Source: Octopus vulgaris (taxonomy: Eukaryota). Taken from it: 64,000 nucleotides of DNA. Where the stretch lies: NCBI GenBank assembly GCA_951406725.2, contig OX597834.1, forward strand, positions 23,870,001-23,934,000, given 5' to 3'. The notes below the pieces were generated by a model. That model had not been told where the DNA came from. It worked only from the letters and a program-made list of their open reading frames with translations, and ran no database searches. The position numbers were made by a program, and so were the translations under genes. Below, piece by piece: positions 27,155 to 38,678 of the stretch. The number at the start of each line of letters is the position of its first letter. The first letter of the stretch is position 1.

Positions 27155-28543
27155 GCATAACCTTTAATATGTGACATACTGAAATGGCCACACTTGTTAA
27201 CATTAGCATCATCTTCCAGTTTAGGGAAACCTGCTCATGCATTACATTTTGTGAGATGCAGAGTTTTTATTCCAGGTCTTCATTGAGATATTCAGGTTCA
27301 GTAATATTGGGGTTGTATGTGAGGTCATCAAGAAGTCAGTACATTTGAGGCGTTCACTGCTGATTTACTGAATGTTGTTCTCCTCAGTTTTGATCACGTC
27401 TATCTTTTATCTGTTACAGCTTTGAAGGGTTTTAGTTGAACAAATCAACCTCAAGACTTACTCTTTTTAAGCATCGTCATCATCATCATCATCATGTAGT
27501 GACGCTATTTTGAAAGTTTTCAGCACGCATGCGCAGAGTTGGATTACTTCTGGTAGGCCGCTGGAAGTTCCCTCACGCACATGCGCAGAGAACTGCCAAC
27601 AGAAAGTTTTCCCGCTAGATATGTTCTTCTGAAGCTGCAGCGGAATCGAGTGGAGACGATTCAAGGTTCTCTCAAGAAAACCAACATGTAAAGAAGCCCT
27701 CTTCTACGCGGGAATGGAGACAGCATTTTTGGCTCACACAAGTTAACTATAGTGAATAATTTCATGGCTTTGGCTACCGGTTCGCCCTGAAGAAAAATAT
27801 ATGTATATATATATTTATTTGTGAATCCAGACCAAAATAAAATATTATTTATTGCTGTTGAAGATAGTCAAAGTTTTGGTTTTCCTTTCAACACAATTTA
27901 ATGTAACAGGATAAGACCAACACCCATCAAGTGTTCCAGAGACCTTCATCCTGTTACACACACATACATTCATATGATGATTATCATCATCACTTATTTG
28001 CCATCTTCCATACTGGCATGGACAAATGTGTTATGCTCCAGTATCTGCTTTGGCATAGTTTCTACAGTTGGATGCCCTTCTTAATGCCAACCATATTTTG
28101 TAGCACCAGCGCTAGTAAGGTCCTGAGTAACTTGCAAGTTACTAGTGCTAGTGCTATATGTAGATACATTATATTATTATGTCAGGTCACTTTCGAGTGC
28201 TACTTGTAACATGTAACCCAGTACAACCTGTTTGGGCTCTTGACGACTAAACCTGTAACCCCACTGAAATAGCTTGGTGATGTGAGTGGTTGTTGGACAC
28301 CGTGTGGGACGAAAAGTAAAACCCATTAAAAGGCGGAGGAACTCATAAACATCAACAGCCATCCAAATGAGGTTTGCTGTTCATTAGTATAGTGGAATAC
28401 TTGCTGCTGTTGCTGTCTGCGCTACTGATCGAGAATAGTATTATATTTAACATGGGACAGGACTGATGTTATAATACACAAAGAAAAAATAACCGACATT
28501 ATAACATAGAAAGAGAAATAATCGGTAATACAGAAGGGAACGT

Positions 28544-28957
28544 GGATCTTTTCGGTTTGAACGGCAGTTTTTTCTAGCGGTGTCATATGAAATTGTCACC
28601 CATAATTATGACCCTAGTATCGATCTATTGCATTTCAATCTATTTTAGGGTAAGGGTTAGGGGTGGGGTATCTTTTTTCCTTCATAAATGTAAATAAACC
28701 TAATCTGTTTTTTAAACGAGGGACATATTCATACGGCACAGAATGTTTTTTTTTACCTCAATGGACGTCAGTGATTGGTTGAAATTGCAGAAACTGAAGA
28801 AAAAAAAACAACAAATATCTTACAACCTATAGAATTTTCTGAATAAAGCCAAGAGAAAAAGATGTTTTGTAAACACATTCTACCAGTATACGAAGTTTAA
28901 AATCTTTTAGTTACCTATAAATTATGTTGAAAACTGCCGTTCAAACCGAAAAGATCC
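28544..28957. mobile_element. MITE with 28-bp perfect TIRs (Merlin- or hAT-type)
   Basis: TIR GGATCTTTTCGGTTTGAACGGCAGTTTT; 8-bp TSD GGGAACGT/GAGAACGT (7 of 8 match). Confidence 0.85.
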
Positions 28958-29735
28958 GAGAACGTTTGTGATGAATGGAGAAAATAAATTATATTGCAAT
29001 ATATAAAAATGTAACAAACTTGTAAAATCGTTGCAGAGGCAGGAAAAATGCTTAGCTCTATGTCTTCCGACTTTGTGTTCTGAGTTCAAATATCACCGAA
29101 GTTGACGTTGCCTTTCATCCTTTTGGAGTGGACAAAATAAGTACCATTTGAATGGCGGGGTCGATGTTATCGACTTACCTCCTCGCCCCAATTTGCCGGC
29201 CTTGTACATAAATTCGAAAGCAACGTTTAAAAAATAAAGGGAAATAACTGATATTATAACAATGTAGAAAGGGAAATAACCATTACCATTACCATATAAC
29301 ATTTCTATGCGAGAAGGAAATAAACCAATATTTTAATCCTTGAATGATTCCTTTTCTTCCCTCACTGAATTCACTCTGTGTTTGTGCCCATCTGTTGATC
29401 TATGAAATCTCTTCTGACATCTTGTTTGCATCCATCCAAATGGTTATTGTATCACTGTAATTCAAGCTACAGTCGAATAATTTCAAATTTTCTGTGTGGT
29501 ACATTCTATTGAGAGGAATTGAGATCAAATGCTTTAGCAGTTGATTATTCCTTTTATGTTTGTTGTGTGTCCATGCTGATATGTGTTGGATGGTTTCTAT
29601 GCCTGGATGCTCCTCCTAATGCCAACCACTTTACAGAGTTGTGCTGGGTGCTTTTACGGGGCACTGCCATGAGTGCCTTATACCTCTGATGAGAAACCGG
29701 TCTTAACACATCTGCTGTGGAGAGGGGGGGAGTAG

Positions 29736-29799
<64 letters not shown>

Positions 29800-30772
29800 C
29801 ACACATACATATACACAATCATTCATATAACTATACTTTTTTTTCTTTTAACAGCTTCAAGAAACTGGAAACTGAAGACGATTCCCACCAAGCAAATAAA
29901 ACTTCCTTCACAGAATGTGATGCATCAAAACTCATCTCTCATGTTTTCAAGGAAGTCAATTAAACATACTTAGATATTAGTATGACACCACTACAGCTGT
30001 TGTCTAATTTATTCCTTTCAATGACATCCCAATGAGGGCAGTTAATTCTTGTTACACACTCTATACCCTCAATTACCATGATGTGTCCTTCCGTTGATAA
30101 CACCAACCAACTGATCAACATGCTGCCTCAACAAACATACCAAAGTTCTCAAAAGTTTGCTAAATATTTTGACTTGTTTTCCAAACAGAGCTTTGTTCCT
30201 GCCAGACTGCTGTCTCTATCTCAGAGATCCTTATTTTTCTTGACATGATTTGCCATACTCCTTTTTGTCAAACAGATTATTACAAGTTAAGAAATTAGCA
30301 AACAAAAACACAAAAAAAAGAAAGAAATTTTCTGAACACACAATTGTGCCAACCAAGCAAATGTCATAATAAAAGAATCTTTGTTTAAGGAGTTCCACTG
30401 AAGAAAAACTAAACTTGCTGTTTGAGGAATAATGAAACAACACTCAGAAAAAGCTGAAGCAAATCAGGATTAAATTTTAATGTCACCAACAATAATTATA
30501 ATTTAATGATTTAAAAATGATTAAAAATTTAGTTTTTATTCACCATCCTGTTTCGAAACTGAATTAAGCAGAATGATATTCTGTGTGAAATCTATCTATG
30601 AGTGGCAAGAATAAAATCATTTTAACTTTCATTCGGTTAGCACCAGGTAGTCCTGTTTCTCAGAGTTTGACAAGGTGATATATTTGAAGGGCTGCTTTAA
30701 TTGATTTAACTACACCTACAGTGTTTGACTGGTACTTTATTTTATTAACAACATCAGGAGGATCAATCTAAA

Positions 30773-31969
30773 ATGGAATCTAGCAACTTTGTACCATCTG
30801 AGATATCTTCAGGTTTTATCTACACACTCTCAATGGCTCTTGTCATCGAATGTATCGGTGGTTTGGTGTGTAACCTCATTGTCCTCATTACATACCACAA
30901 GAGTTTCAAAACCCAGAAAACAGACAATTTTCTCATCATTAATTTAAATATTGTTGATATTCTTATTTGTGTCACAGCCATTCCACTCACACTTGTCCTA
31001 TTACAGAGCTACCAAGGACAATGCTGTGTCTTACCATGTTTCTTTCACCAAGCCAACATCACATTTGTTAGTACCGCTAGTGCTATCACCCTGCTCACCA
31101 TCAGCATCGATCGTTATGAAGCTGTGGTGACACCATTAAGAAAAAAAATAATTCAATCCAATATGAAAAAAACTCTTCTTGCCATTTGGACAAGTTCTTT
31201 GTTTGGGTTGTGTTCTCCATTTATTGGGGTAGACTTTTCCTTGTTGCCACCTGTAACAGAATTGCATTCATCAACTCTATCTTCAATATCACCAAATTCA
31301 AATTCTTCAAACTCATCATCTCATGAACTCCACAAAACCTTCACCAGCTCCAAAGATGTAACTGAGTCTACAGAAGATGTCAACTGGCAATGGAAACTGC
31401 ACACATGCCAACACTTCATTTATTCAGCCCATTTCTTCCCATTCCATGATGTTTACTTCATGTTATACTTCTTCCTCTGCATGACTGGCATGATTGTATG
31501 CTACTACTACATTTTCCGAGTTGCTAAGCAACGACTCGCTGTCCGTTTAGCATTAATCCGGGCCACACTAGCCTTTACAGGGGGCAGTACTGCAGAGGAG
31601 TCCATTTGGAAACTACAGGATCGGCGTCTGACCAAGATGACACTGGCCATTGTTTCTTCATTCATCATTTGCTGGGGGCCCCACATCATTATTTCCTGCA
31701 TCAGTATTGCTCTGCATGATATAACAGCAGAGATGCTACGTTTTATTGGACTTGTCATTGCTTTCTCCACAGCTCTCTTACATCCACTTCTTTACACATT
31801 CATGCGACAAGACTTCCAGAGGGCACTCAGAAACAGGTGGATGACACAGAGAGTACTGCGTAGGAATTTTAGAAATCGTAAAATTGGAACAGATGCTTCT
31901 GCTACCCACAATGGAAGCATTTGGACTTTGACACGGGACACTATTAATGATACAACATCGGCAGAATAA
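30773..31969 (+). CDS. GPR22: Rhodopsin-class orphan GPCR, GPR22-like (intronless CDS)
   Basis: 398 aa, seven hydrophobic segments, DRY, CWGP, and the atypical TM7 HPLLYxFxRQxFQ plus TM2 NLxxxDxxICVxxIPLT that I recall from GPR22; candidate upstream acceptor at 29854 and AATAAA near 32276. Confidence 0.85.
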   Translation: MESSNFVPSEISSGFIYTLSMALVIECIGGLVCNLIVLITYHKSFKTQKTDNFLIINLNIVDILICVTAIPLTLVLLQSYQGQCCVLPCFFHQANITFVSTASAITLLTISIDRYEAVVTPLRKKIIQSNMKKTLLAIWTSSLFGLCSPFIGVDFSLLPPVTELHSSTLSSISPNSNSSNSSSHELHKTFTSSKDVTESTEDVNWQWKLHTCQHFIYSAHFFPFHDVYFMLYFFLCMTGMIVCYYYIFRVAKQRLAVRLALIRATLAFTGGSTAEESIWKLQDRRLTKMTLAIVSSFIICWGPHIIISCISIALHDITAEMLRFIGLVIAFSTALLHPLLYTFMRQDFQRALRNRWMTQRVLRRNFRNRKIGTDASATHNGSIWTLTRDTINDTTSAE

Positions 31970-32705
31970 TAGGTTTTTATTGTTTCTATTGGAACAAATA
32001 GAGAGGGGGAGAACTGATTGTAAATTTTACAGACACTAACAAATCTACTCACACATATATAATATGCACAGCGCATACAGACAATAATATGCACACTAAC
32101 ATATATACATATACCTCACATATACAGAGTGACATACCATACATGTAATCACACAGACAGTAACGTACATATCCATGTACTAAAATAGCAAACAACTGGA
32201 CACATATACAATATTATAAAAATGCTGTTTTTCTTCAGTTGTTAAAACATTCTCCTTCATTTCTTTTTAATTTTCAATAAAATATTTTTAAAAATAATGT
32301 TCCTTGTTTGAAGTATTGTATATATTAACAACATCGTTATTATATATGAAGAATACTAGAGTTTGATGAAATTTTTGATAAACAAAATTTGATTCTTTTT
32401 GTACATTTTTCAGTGAAACATTTTCGTATTCCTACGATTTACATATAAGAGATTCTGAATATGCAATCACCCCCGTATGACCTAGAATAAACAGGGAATA
32501 AAAAATGGATGTGTAGAGATGATCCTGAAATAAGTTTATTGTTTGTATTATTCTTTGCTCTTCGAAACGTCAGTACTTTCCCATCCTCATTCTCCCTTAG
32601 AAAAGTCTAAAAATCATAAGTGAAATGTAATAAAGATGAAATTGGATTCTGTCAATATTTTTGCATATTCAGAAACTCTGTTAAAGGTAGGAATTCAAAA
32701 AAATA

Positions 32706-32904
32706 TACGATGCGTTACACCTGTTACACATATTTTTTTCCATTTTTGCCACCCGGGCGCGGATCTAGTACGGTTGATCGTGGGAATTTTCCAAGCCCCC
32801 CCACCCTGTCGGCGCGCTTTTTTTCGTCATATTCCTTCAATATACGATGCCTTACACCTGTTACACATATTTTTTTCCATTTTTGCCACCTGGGCGCGGA
32901 TCTA
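32706..32904. repeat. Two ~62-bp direct repeats, period ~137 bp, in a CpG-rich element
   Basis: TACGATGC.TTACACCTGTTACACATATTTT..CCATTTTTGCCACC.GGGCGCGGATCTA occurs twice. Confidence 0.75.
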
Positions 32905-33511
32905 TATATTAACCAAAAATTTTTCACAAAAATTGGTTTTTCAAAGAGGTGCGATTCTGCATTAGCCCCTATACCTATTGGTTGGGCCGAATCAATTTGA
33001 AATGATTTAATTAAAAGAACACATTTAGTTACATTATATGGCCATGGTTTTATTGTTACGCTCTCGAAGACAAGTCAGGTGCTTTATCATGCTACTTGTT
33101 AATTCCGGGAAAATTATTGACTGTTCTGAGACTTACTGAACTCCGTACATTAAAAGACTACGTCTCACGCACACACATTGAAAATACACGCATATACATG
33201 AATACACACACAGTGAAAGACAGCGAAAATTCAACATTGTAAAAAGCCTCCCAGAACTGTTGTAGCAGAAGTCAACATCTCTGAGATTGAAACAAAACAC
33301 TTATTTACGGCCGTAAATAGACTACACCCAAGCAGCACAGAAAGGGAAATCTATGTAGGTTAGGTTTGACGAAGAAATCGAAACATTTCTCCTGCGAAAC
33401 AATACTGATGTAAGAAGGTCGAACCTTACGTTATAACAAACACTAAGAAAAACCTGTAATATATGCTCTTTAATATATTCATTTTTTTAATGTTTTAAAA
33501 TGTTATTTACC

Positions 33512-35660
33512 TCATTTATGAATTAATTCAATTCTTCGATCTTTCTGGGCAAATATATCTATCACATTTTCATAGGAATATTCTCTTTTCATCAATTCTT
33601 GTAATAAATCTTTTTCAATTGACATTAGTGCTAACCCAGACAGTCTTCTTTCTCTTGTCGCATTTCTTTGGTATGTTTTAATTCTACTTAATGCAGAAAA
33701 GGATCCCTCTACAGAAGCAGTGGTAGACGGAATTGTCAAAATCAACTTGCACAGATTGAAGAGTTCTGGCATAGCTTCAACAAGATCACTGCTGTTAATG
33801 TAACTCATTAAATGACTTACACTTGGTTTTTTAAAATCTTTCATTGAATACATCACATTGAGCTCACTTTGTAATCGTATTACATCAAAAAATCTGCCAT
33901 AAGTTGTTCTTAAAGAATCTAAAGAGTCCACAGGAAATTGTTTGCAATACTCATCAACTTTGTTGAAATTCAAAAGTTCCATGAATTTAAACTCTTCTAA
34001 GGATGAATATCGTGCTTTTATTTGGTCAACTATTGTACTGATAATTTTGTTATAAAGCATTCTATAATGTCGTTGGGGATCAATAGTGATATTCTTGGAT
34101 CTCTGAATTCCGATTCCTGCACCGATTCCATATTTTCCCCCTAGCCTATCATAAAAGATTGAAAAATTATCAAGTTTGTTTTCGAGTACAGTTCTAGTTT
34201 TATCTATTTGCTCTTTACAATACACTATGTCATGACTTTTACTCTGGAGTATGTTAAATAAAACGTCAGTAAAAGAAAACTTGTCACTGAATACTTCTTA
34301 CAAAAATAAGAAATCAGGAGCCTTTAAAGTGTGTAAGAATCCAATTGCTGAATTTATGGTGGTATCATCCCATGCTTCAGGATTTTCAATGATGTGTTCA
34401 AAAAGGCTGATTATGAAATTATAATTTTCCTTTGTTGTAATAATAAGACGTGAGGAGTAATTCCATCTAATTGCTGTTGCTTTCAGAAATCCTTTTTTAA
34501 CAATGTTATCTAATGCATTAGCCCTTTTCGGTGATTTCGTAAAAAATGTACCGAGTCCGTTTATCGTAGAAAAAAAATATCTTGCATTCTTTCATAGCAG
34601 AGCATGATTGTGAAAGAACTAAATTTAGGATATGGGCACAACAATGAATAAAGATCGCACATTCATATTTCTTTCTTACTTTTGCCTGTAACCCATTTAG
34701 TTGTCCTACCATTGTAGCGGCACCATCATATGTCTGTGCAATCAATTTGTTTCCACATTCCCACGTCTCAATGCATTTAAAAACATGTTCTGATAAAGCA
34801 TTTGCAGATCGATCTGCACTAACATCACTAAAACCGATAAATCGTTCTTTCGTCACACAGTCTTCTGTAACATAACGTAAAACTGTTGACAGTTGTGAAG
34901 ATGCTGAGACATCAGATGTCTCATCAACAACAATAGAAACAAACTTAGCTTGCTCAATTTCCTTCAGCATCTCATTCAACATAACTTTATGAATTGCTTC
35001 GATCAAGTCATTTTGAATTCTGTTTGACAGACCGGTGAAGATAGAATTTTCCATTTTTTTGGTCATATTTACTGATCAAATTTACGAGTTCTTTATAATT
35101 TCCACGATTATTAGAGCCTTCAGATTCAAAATGACCCCGAAACAATAATTCCCGGAGGCCTAAAAAATAACAACATCGATCAATTGTTGCAGAATGGATC
35201 TGTTTCGTCTGACTTTCTCATTATGATGTTGTATGCTTTGATTTTTACGTGCATCTAATTGTAAATCTATGCGAACATTCCCGAATATTTTAAGATCAAT
35301 CAAACATTTTATATGCCTTTGAGAACGCTCGTGCTTTGGCATAGCCATATATAAATTATTTAAATCATCATAGCCTTTATCATTCCAAACATTTTTTTCT
35401 AAGCCAAAATGTAAACACGGCCAACAGAATAATTTATTAAGAGCAACACTTAACCATTTTTTCTTTTCATAGAAATTAACCTGAAATTGTCTCGTGAATT
35501 TCTTGTTGTAGCTTCGCAAATTACGTAAATTCGGTGTTGGTCTGCCACCATTTATAATTAATTATTTTCCATTGAAGTTTCTTTTCGAAAAAACTATTTC
35601 TCAAAATATCGTTTATAACACACATTTCACTCATTTCGAAAAAGGCTGCTCTTATATAAG
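33512..35660 (-). pseudogene. hAT transposase (ZMYM1/Tip100-like; TTF Zn finger, DUF4371, hAT dimerisation domain), frameshifted
   Basis: Consecutive ORFs carry LFCWPC..KHERSQRH, IVVDETSD, QTYDGA, IHCCAHILNL, TIPSTTASVEGSFSAL and RLSGLALMSIE. Confidence 0.9.
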
Positions 35661-36234
35661 AACCCACGTGGAAGCGCCGGCGTAAATTGTAAGTCAATTT
35701 CAACAAAACGGAAAAATACCTTTAGTTAAATTAATTTAAGATTAATTAACTATTTCTGAAATAAGAAATATAATATAGATTATATTTTTGTTTTCAAAAC
35801 ATTGCAAAAATATAATAGTGCAAACGGATGTTTTGGATAAAAATATTCAAACTTACTGCCAAAATATTCCAACATTTCAGCTGGCTAACTCAAGAATTAT
35901 GGGACTGCTCTTGGGTTTTTTTTTTTTGTGTTTGAATGGAACTGCAGCCAGAGTATTTAAAGGTGTCAGGCACCATTTCATTGGTTTGTGTTTTTTGACA
36001 GGTAGTAACAAGGTGGTTTTACTATAGAGTTAATCATGTAGTTGGTCATATTTGTGGTGGTTTCCATTCATTTTATTAGGTAAACAAGTTGGATATATTT
36101 TGAATCGGCTCAGAATAACTTTGGTGCATGGTAGTAAGTTTGAAATAAGTCCAAAACTTTTGTTTAGAATGAGAACAGTATCATGCATGATGTGGAGTTT
36201 CTCTTGGAAGCAGAAGTTGCACATTGTGAATTAG

Positions 36235-36510
36235 TAATCACCGTGACCGACCAGGCTATTAGATGTTGCTACACATCGCTGGTCACAATGCGCTTTGGAT
36301 TGTTTTAGCCTTCAAATGACACCACCCCGCTGGCTAAGTGAGCAGGCCAACAGAAGAGAGAAAGTTGTGGCGAAAGAGTACAGCAGGACCCCCCCCCCCC
36401 ACTACTGGAGCCTCGTGGAGCTTAAGGTGTTTTCGCTCAATAAACGCTCAAAACTGGGAGTCGAAACCACGATCCTACAGCCGCAAATCCGCTGGGCCAT
36501 TGCGCCTCCA
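36235..36510 (-). mobile_element. tRNA-derived SINE (further family); second fragment at about 36676-36765
   Basis: Reverse complement begins TGGAGGCGCAATGGCCCAG with B-box GGTTTCGACTCCC. Confidence 0.7.
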
Positions 36511-37514
36511 CGAATTAGTAATGTTGCTAGTTATTCCTGCATCATTTGTGACAGTGTTGTCTGGATACATTCCAAAACTGTCGGCACCTTTGTCATTCTC
36601 AACAGTTTTTTTTTTTTTTATGTATTTCTGTTGGCTTTATATAGAAGGCTGAGAGTTACAGTGGTTAGGAAGCACTCTGTGGAGCTTTTTAGGTGTTTTC
36701 GCTCAATAAACACTCACAACGCCTGGTCTGGGAATCGAAACCGCAAGTCCGCTGCCTTAACCACTGTGGTACAATATGCAATACTTATCATTTACTGGCA
36801 CGTTACAGTGGGTCGAAACAGCCAATACAGTTAACAACACTGTTGGAGGAAAACAGACATGACTAATGTATCACAAGAGATGAAAGAAACGACCAATGCA
36901 GTTAACAAATAACATCCCAAGAGGAAAACGCATGTCACCAATACAAAAATTGGTGAATAAACTCAAATGATTATATAAAGCTACTTCAGAATTTTTTTGG
37001 CTTTTTAATTGATTTTATTTGCTAATAAGAATTGGTTCAACTTTTTTTCTTTGAGTGAATCTCTTATACATCGTCAATACATAATCAATACATTTCTTGA
37101 TATAGACACGATTGGAGGATTTTCTTTCAATGGAATTTTTTAAAAATTAATTCTCTATGAGAAAAATGCTTTGGTTTCTTTCTTTTTTTTTTTATTTTCG
37201 AGGGGAAACAATGGAAAAAATTAAAAAGAGCATTAAAAAATGATTTAAAAAAAAGAAAATTAAGTTTACCCAAGCTTTTTTTTCATTTCTCTGCATCATT
37301 TATTAATAATAATAATAATAATAATAATAATGTGATAAGTCCCAACTTTAATACTAAGCATAAATGGACATATTGGAAATAGCTCAGTAAGAAAGTTAGC
37401 TTAAAATTCAGTGGGTGGTGGAGGTGGGAGAGAACAAGACAACAATTATTTATCAATTATCTATATACATACATACACGCACACACACACTACCTTGCTC
37501 TCTCTCTGTATGTA

Positions 37515-37574
<60 letters not shown>

Positions 37575-37577
<3 letters not shown>

Positions 37578-38000
37578 AGAGAGAGAGAAAATATGCAGGG
37601 TTTAGTTCACTGATGATGTAAACCAATAGGTACACTGCATAAGTGCTATAATTGGTCATCCATTAGGTTCCAAGTTCACAGCTGAGGCTGTATATATATA
37701 TATATATAAAATGCAAAAACAAAATGGGACAAGAATGCAAAACATCCGGACAACTTTTTTTTGTATCTATATATATATATATATTTTTATATACATATAT
37801 ATATTGATTTGAGAGAGAGAGAAAATATGCAGGGTTTAGTTCACTGATGATGTAAACCAATAGGTACACTGCATAAGTGCTATAATTGGTCATCCATTAG
37901 GTTCCAAGTTCACAGCTGAGGCTGTATATATATATATATATAAATGCAAAAACAAAATGGGACAAGAATGCAAAACATCCGGACAACTTTTTTTTGTATC
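37575..38000. repeat. Near-perfect ~193-bp tandem duplication (period ~234 bp)
   Basis: 37575-37767 matches 37809-38000. Confidence 0.9.
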
Positions 38001-38119
38001 GTCTATCTGGATGTTTTGTTGTCCCTTTTTGTATCACCTAGTTGTCCGGATGTTTTGCGTTCTTGTCTCATTTTGTATTTATATATATATATATATATAG
38101 CTGCATATATACACTTTGT

Positions 38120-38169
<50 letters not shown>

Positions 38170-38247
38170 CATGTATATGTGTAGACACACACGAGTGAGT
38201 GGACAAATGAAAGTAGGGCACTCAAAAAATTTATTGGGAGTTGCATG

Positions 38248-38678
38248 TATGGATCGAAACAGTTTGATTCAAATTCATTGGTACTCAGAGTTTCAAGCAT
38301 GATGCTAATATTCAGCCATTTTGAATTTGAATGAGAGAAGTTTATTGTTATTACCATAAGGTGGGCTGCAATTAGTTGAGGAAGGTCTATCAGCGACAAT
38401 ACTTACTTGGAAAATATTGCATGGTGAACAGGAAAGCGGTCGTTTTCCTGTCCATGTGGTCTATTTCCTGTTCACCATGCTGTATTTTCCAAGTAAGTGT
38501 TGCTGTTGATATACCAACATCAAACCATGACACCGCATGACATTCCTTGACCAATCACAGCCCACTTTACAGTAATATCAATCAACTTCTCTCATTCAAA
38601 TTTAAAACGGTTGAAGATTACCATCATGCTTGAAACTTGGAGTAGCAACAAATTTGAATCAAACTGTTTCAATCCATA
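38248..38678. mobile_element. Palindromic (foldback) MITE
   Basis: Arms are imperfectly reverse-complementary over about 180 bp; TA at both ends. Confidence 0.75.

Noticed and set aside
30773-31969. GPCR nested in an intron of the minus-strand gene
   Set aside because: The C1orf21-like CDS stops at 46489, so the genes appear convergent rather than nested
32555-32580. CTCTTCGAAACGTCAG hammerhead 3' half
   Set aside because: No matching CUGAnGA half upstream
37608-37650. CTGATGA within the tandem duplication
   Set aside because: No GAAA or cleavage triplet downstream
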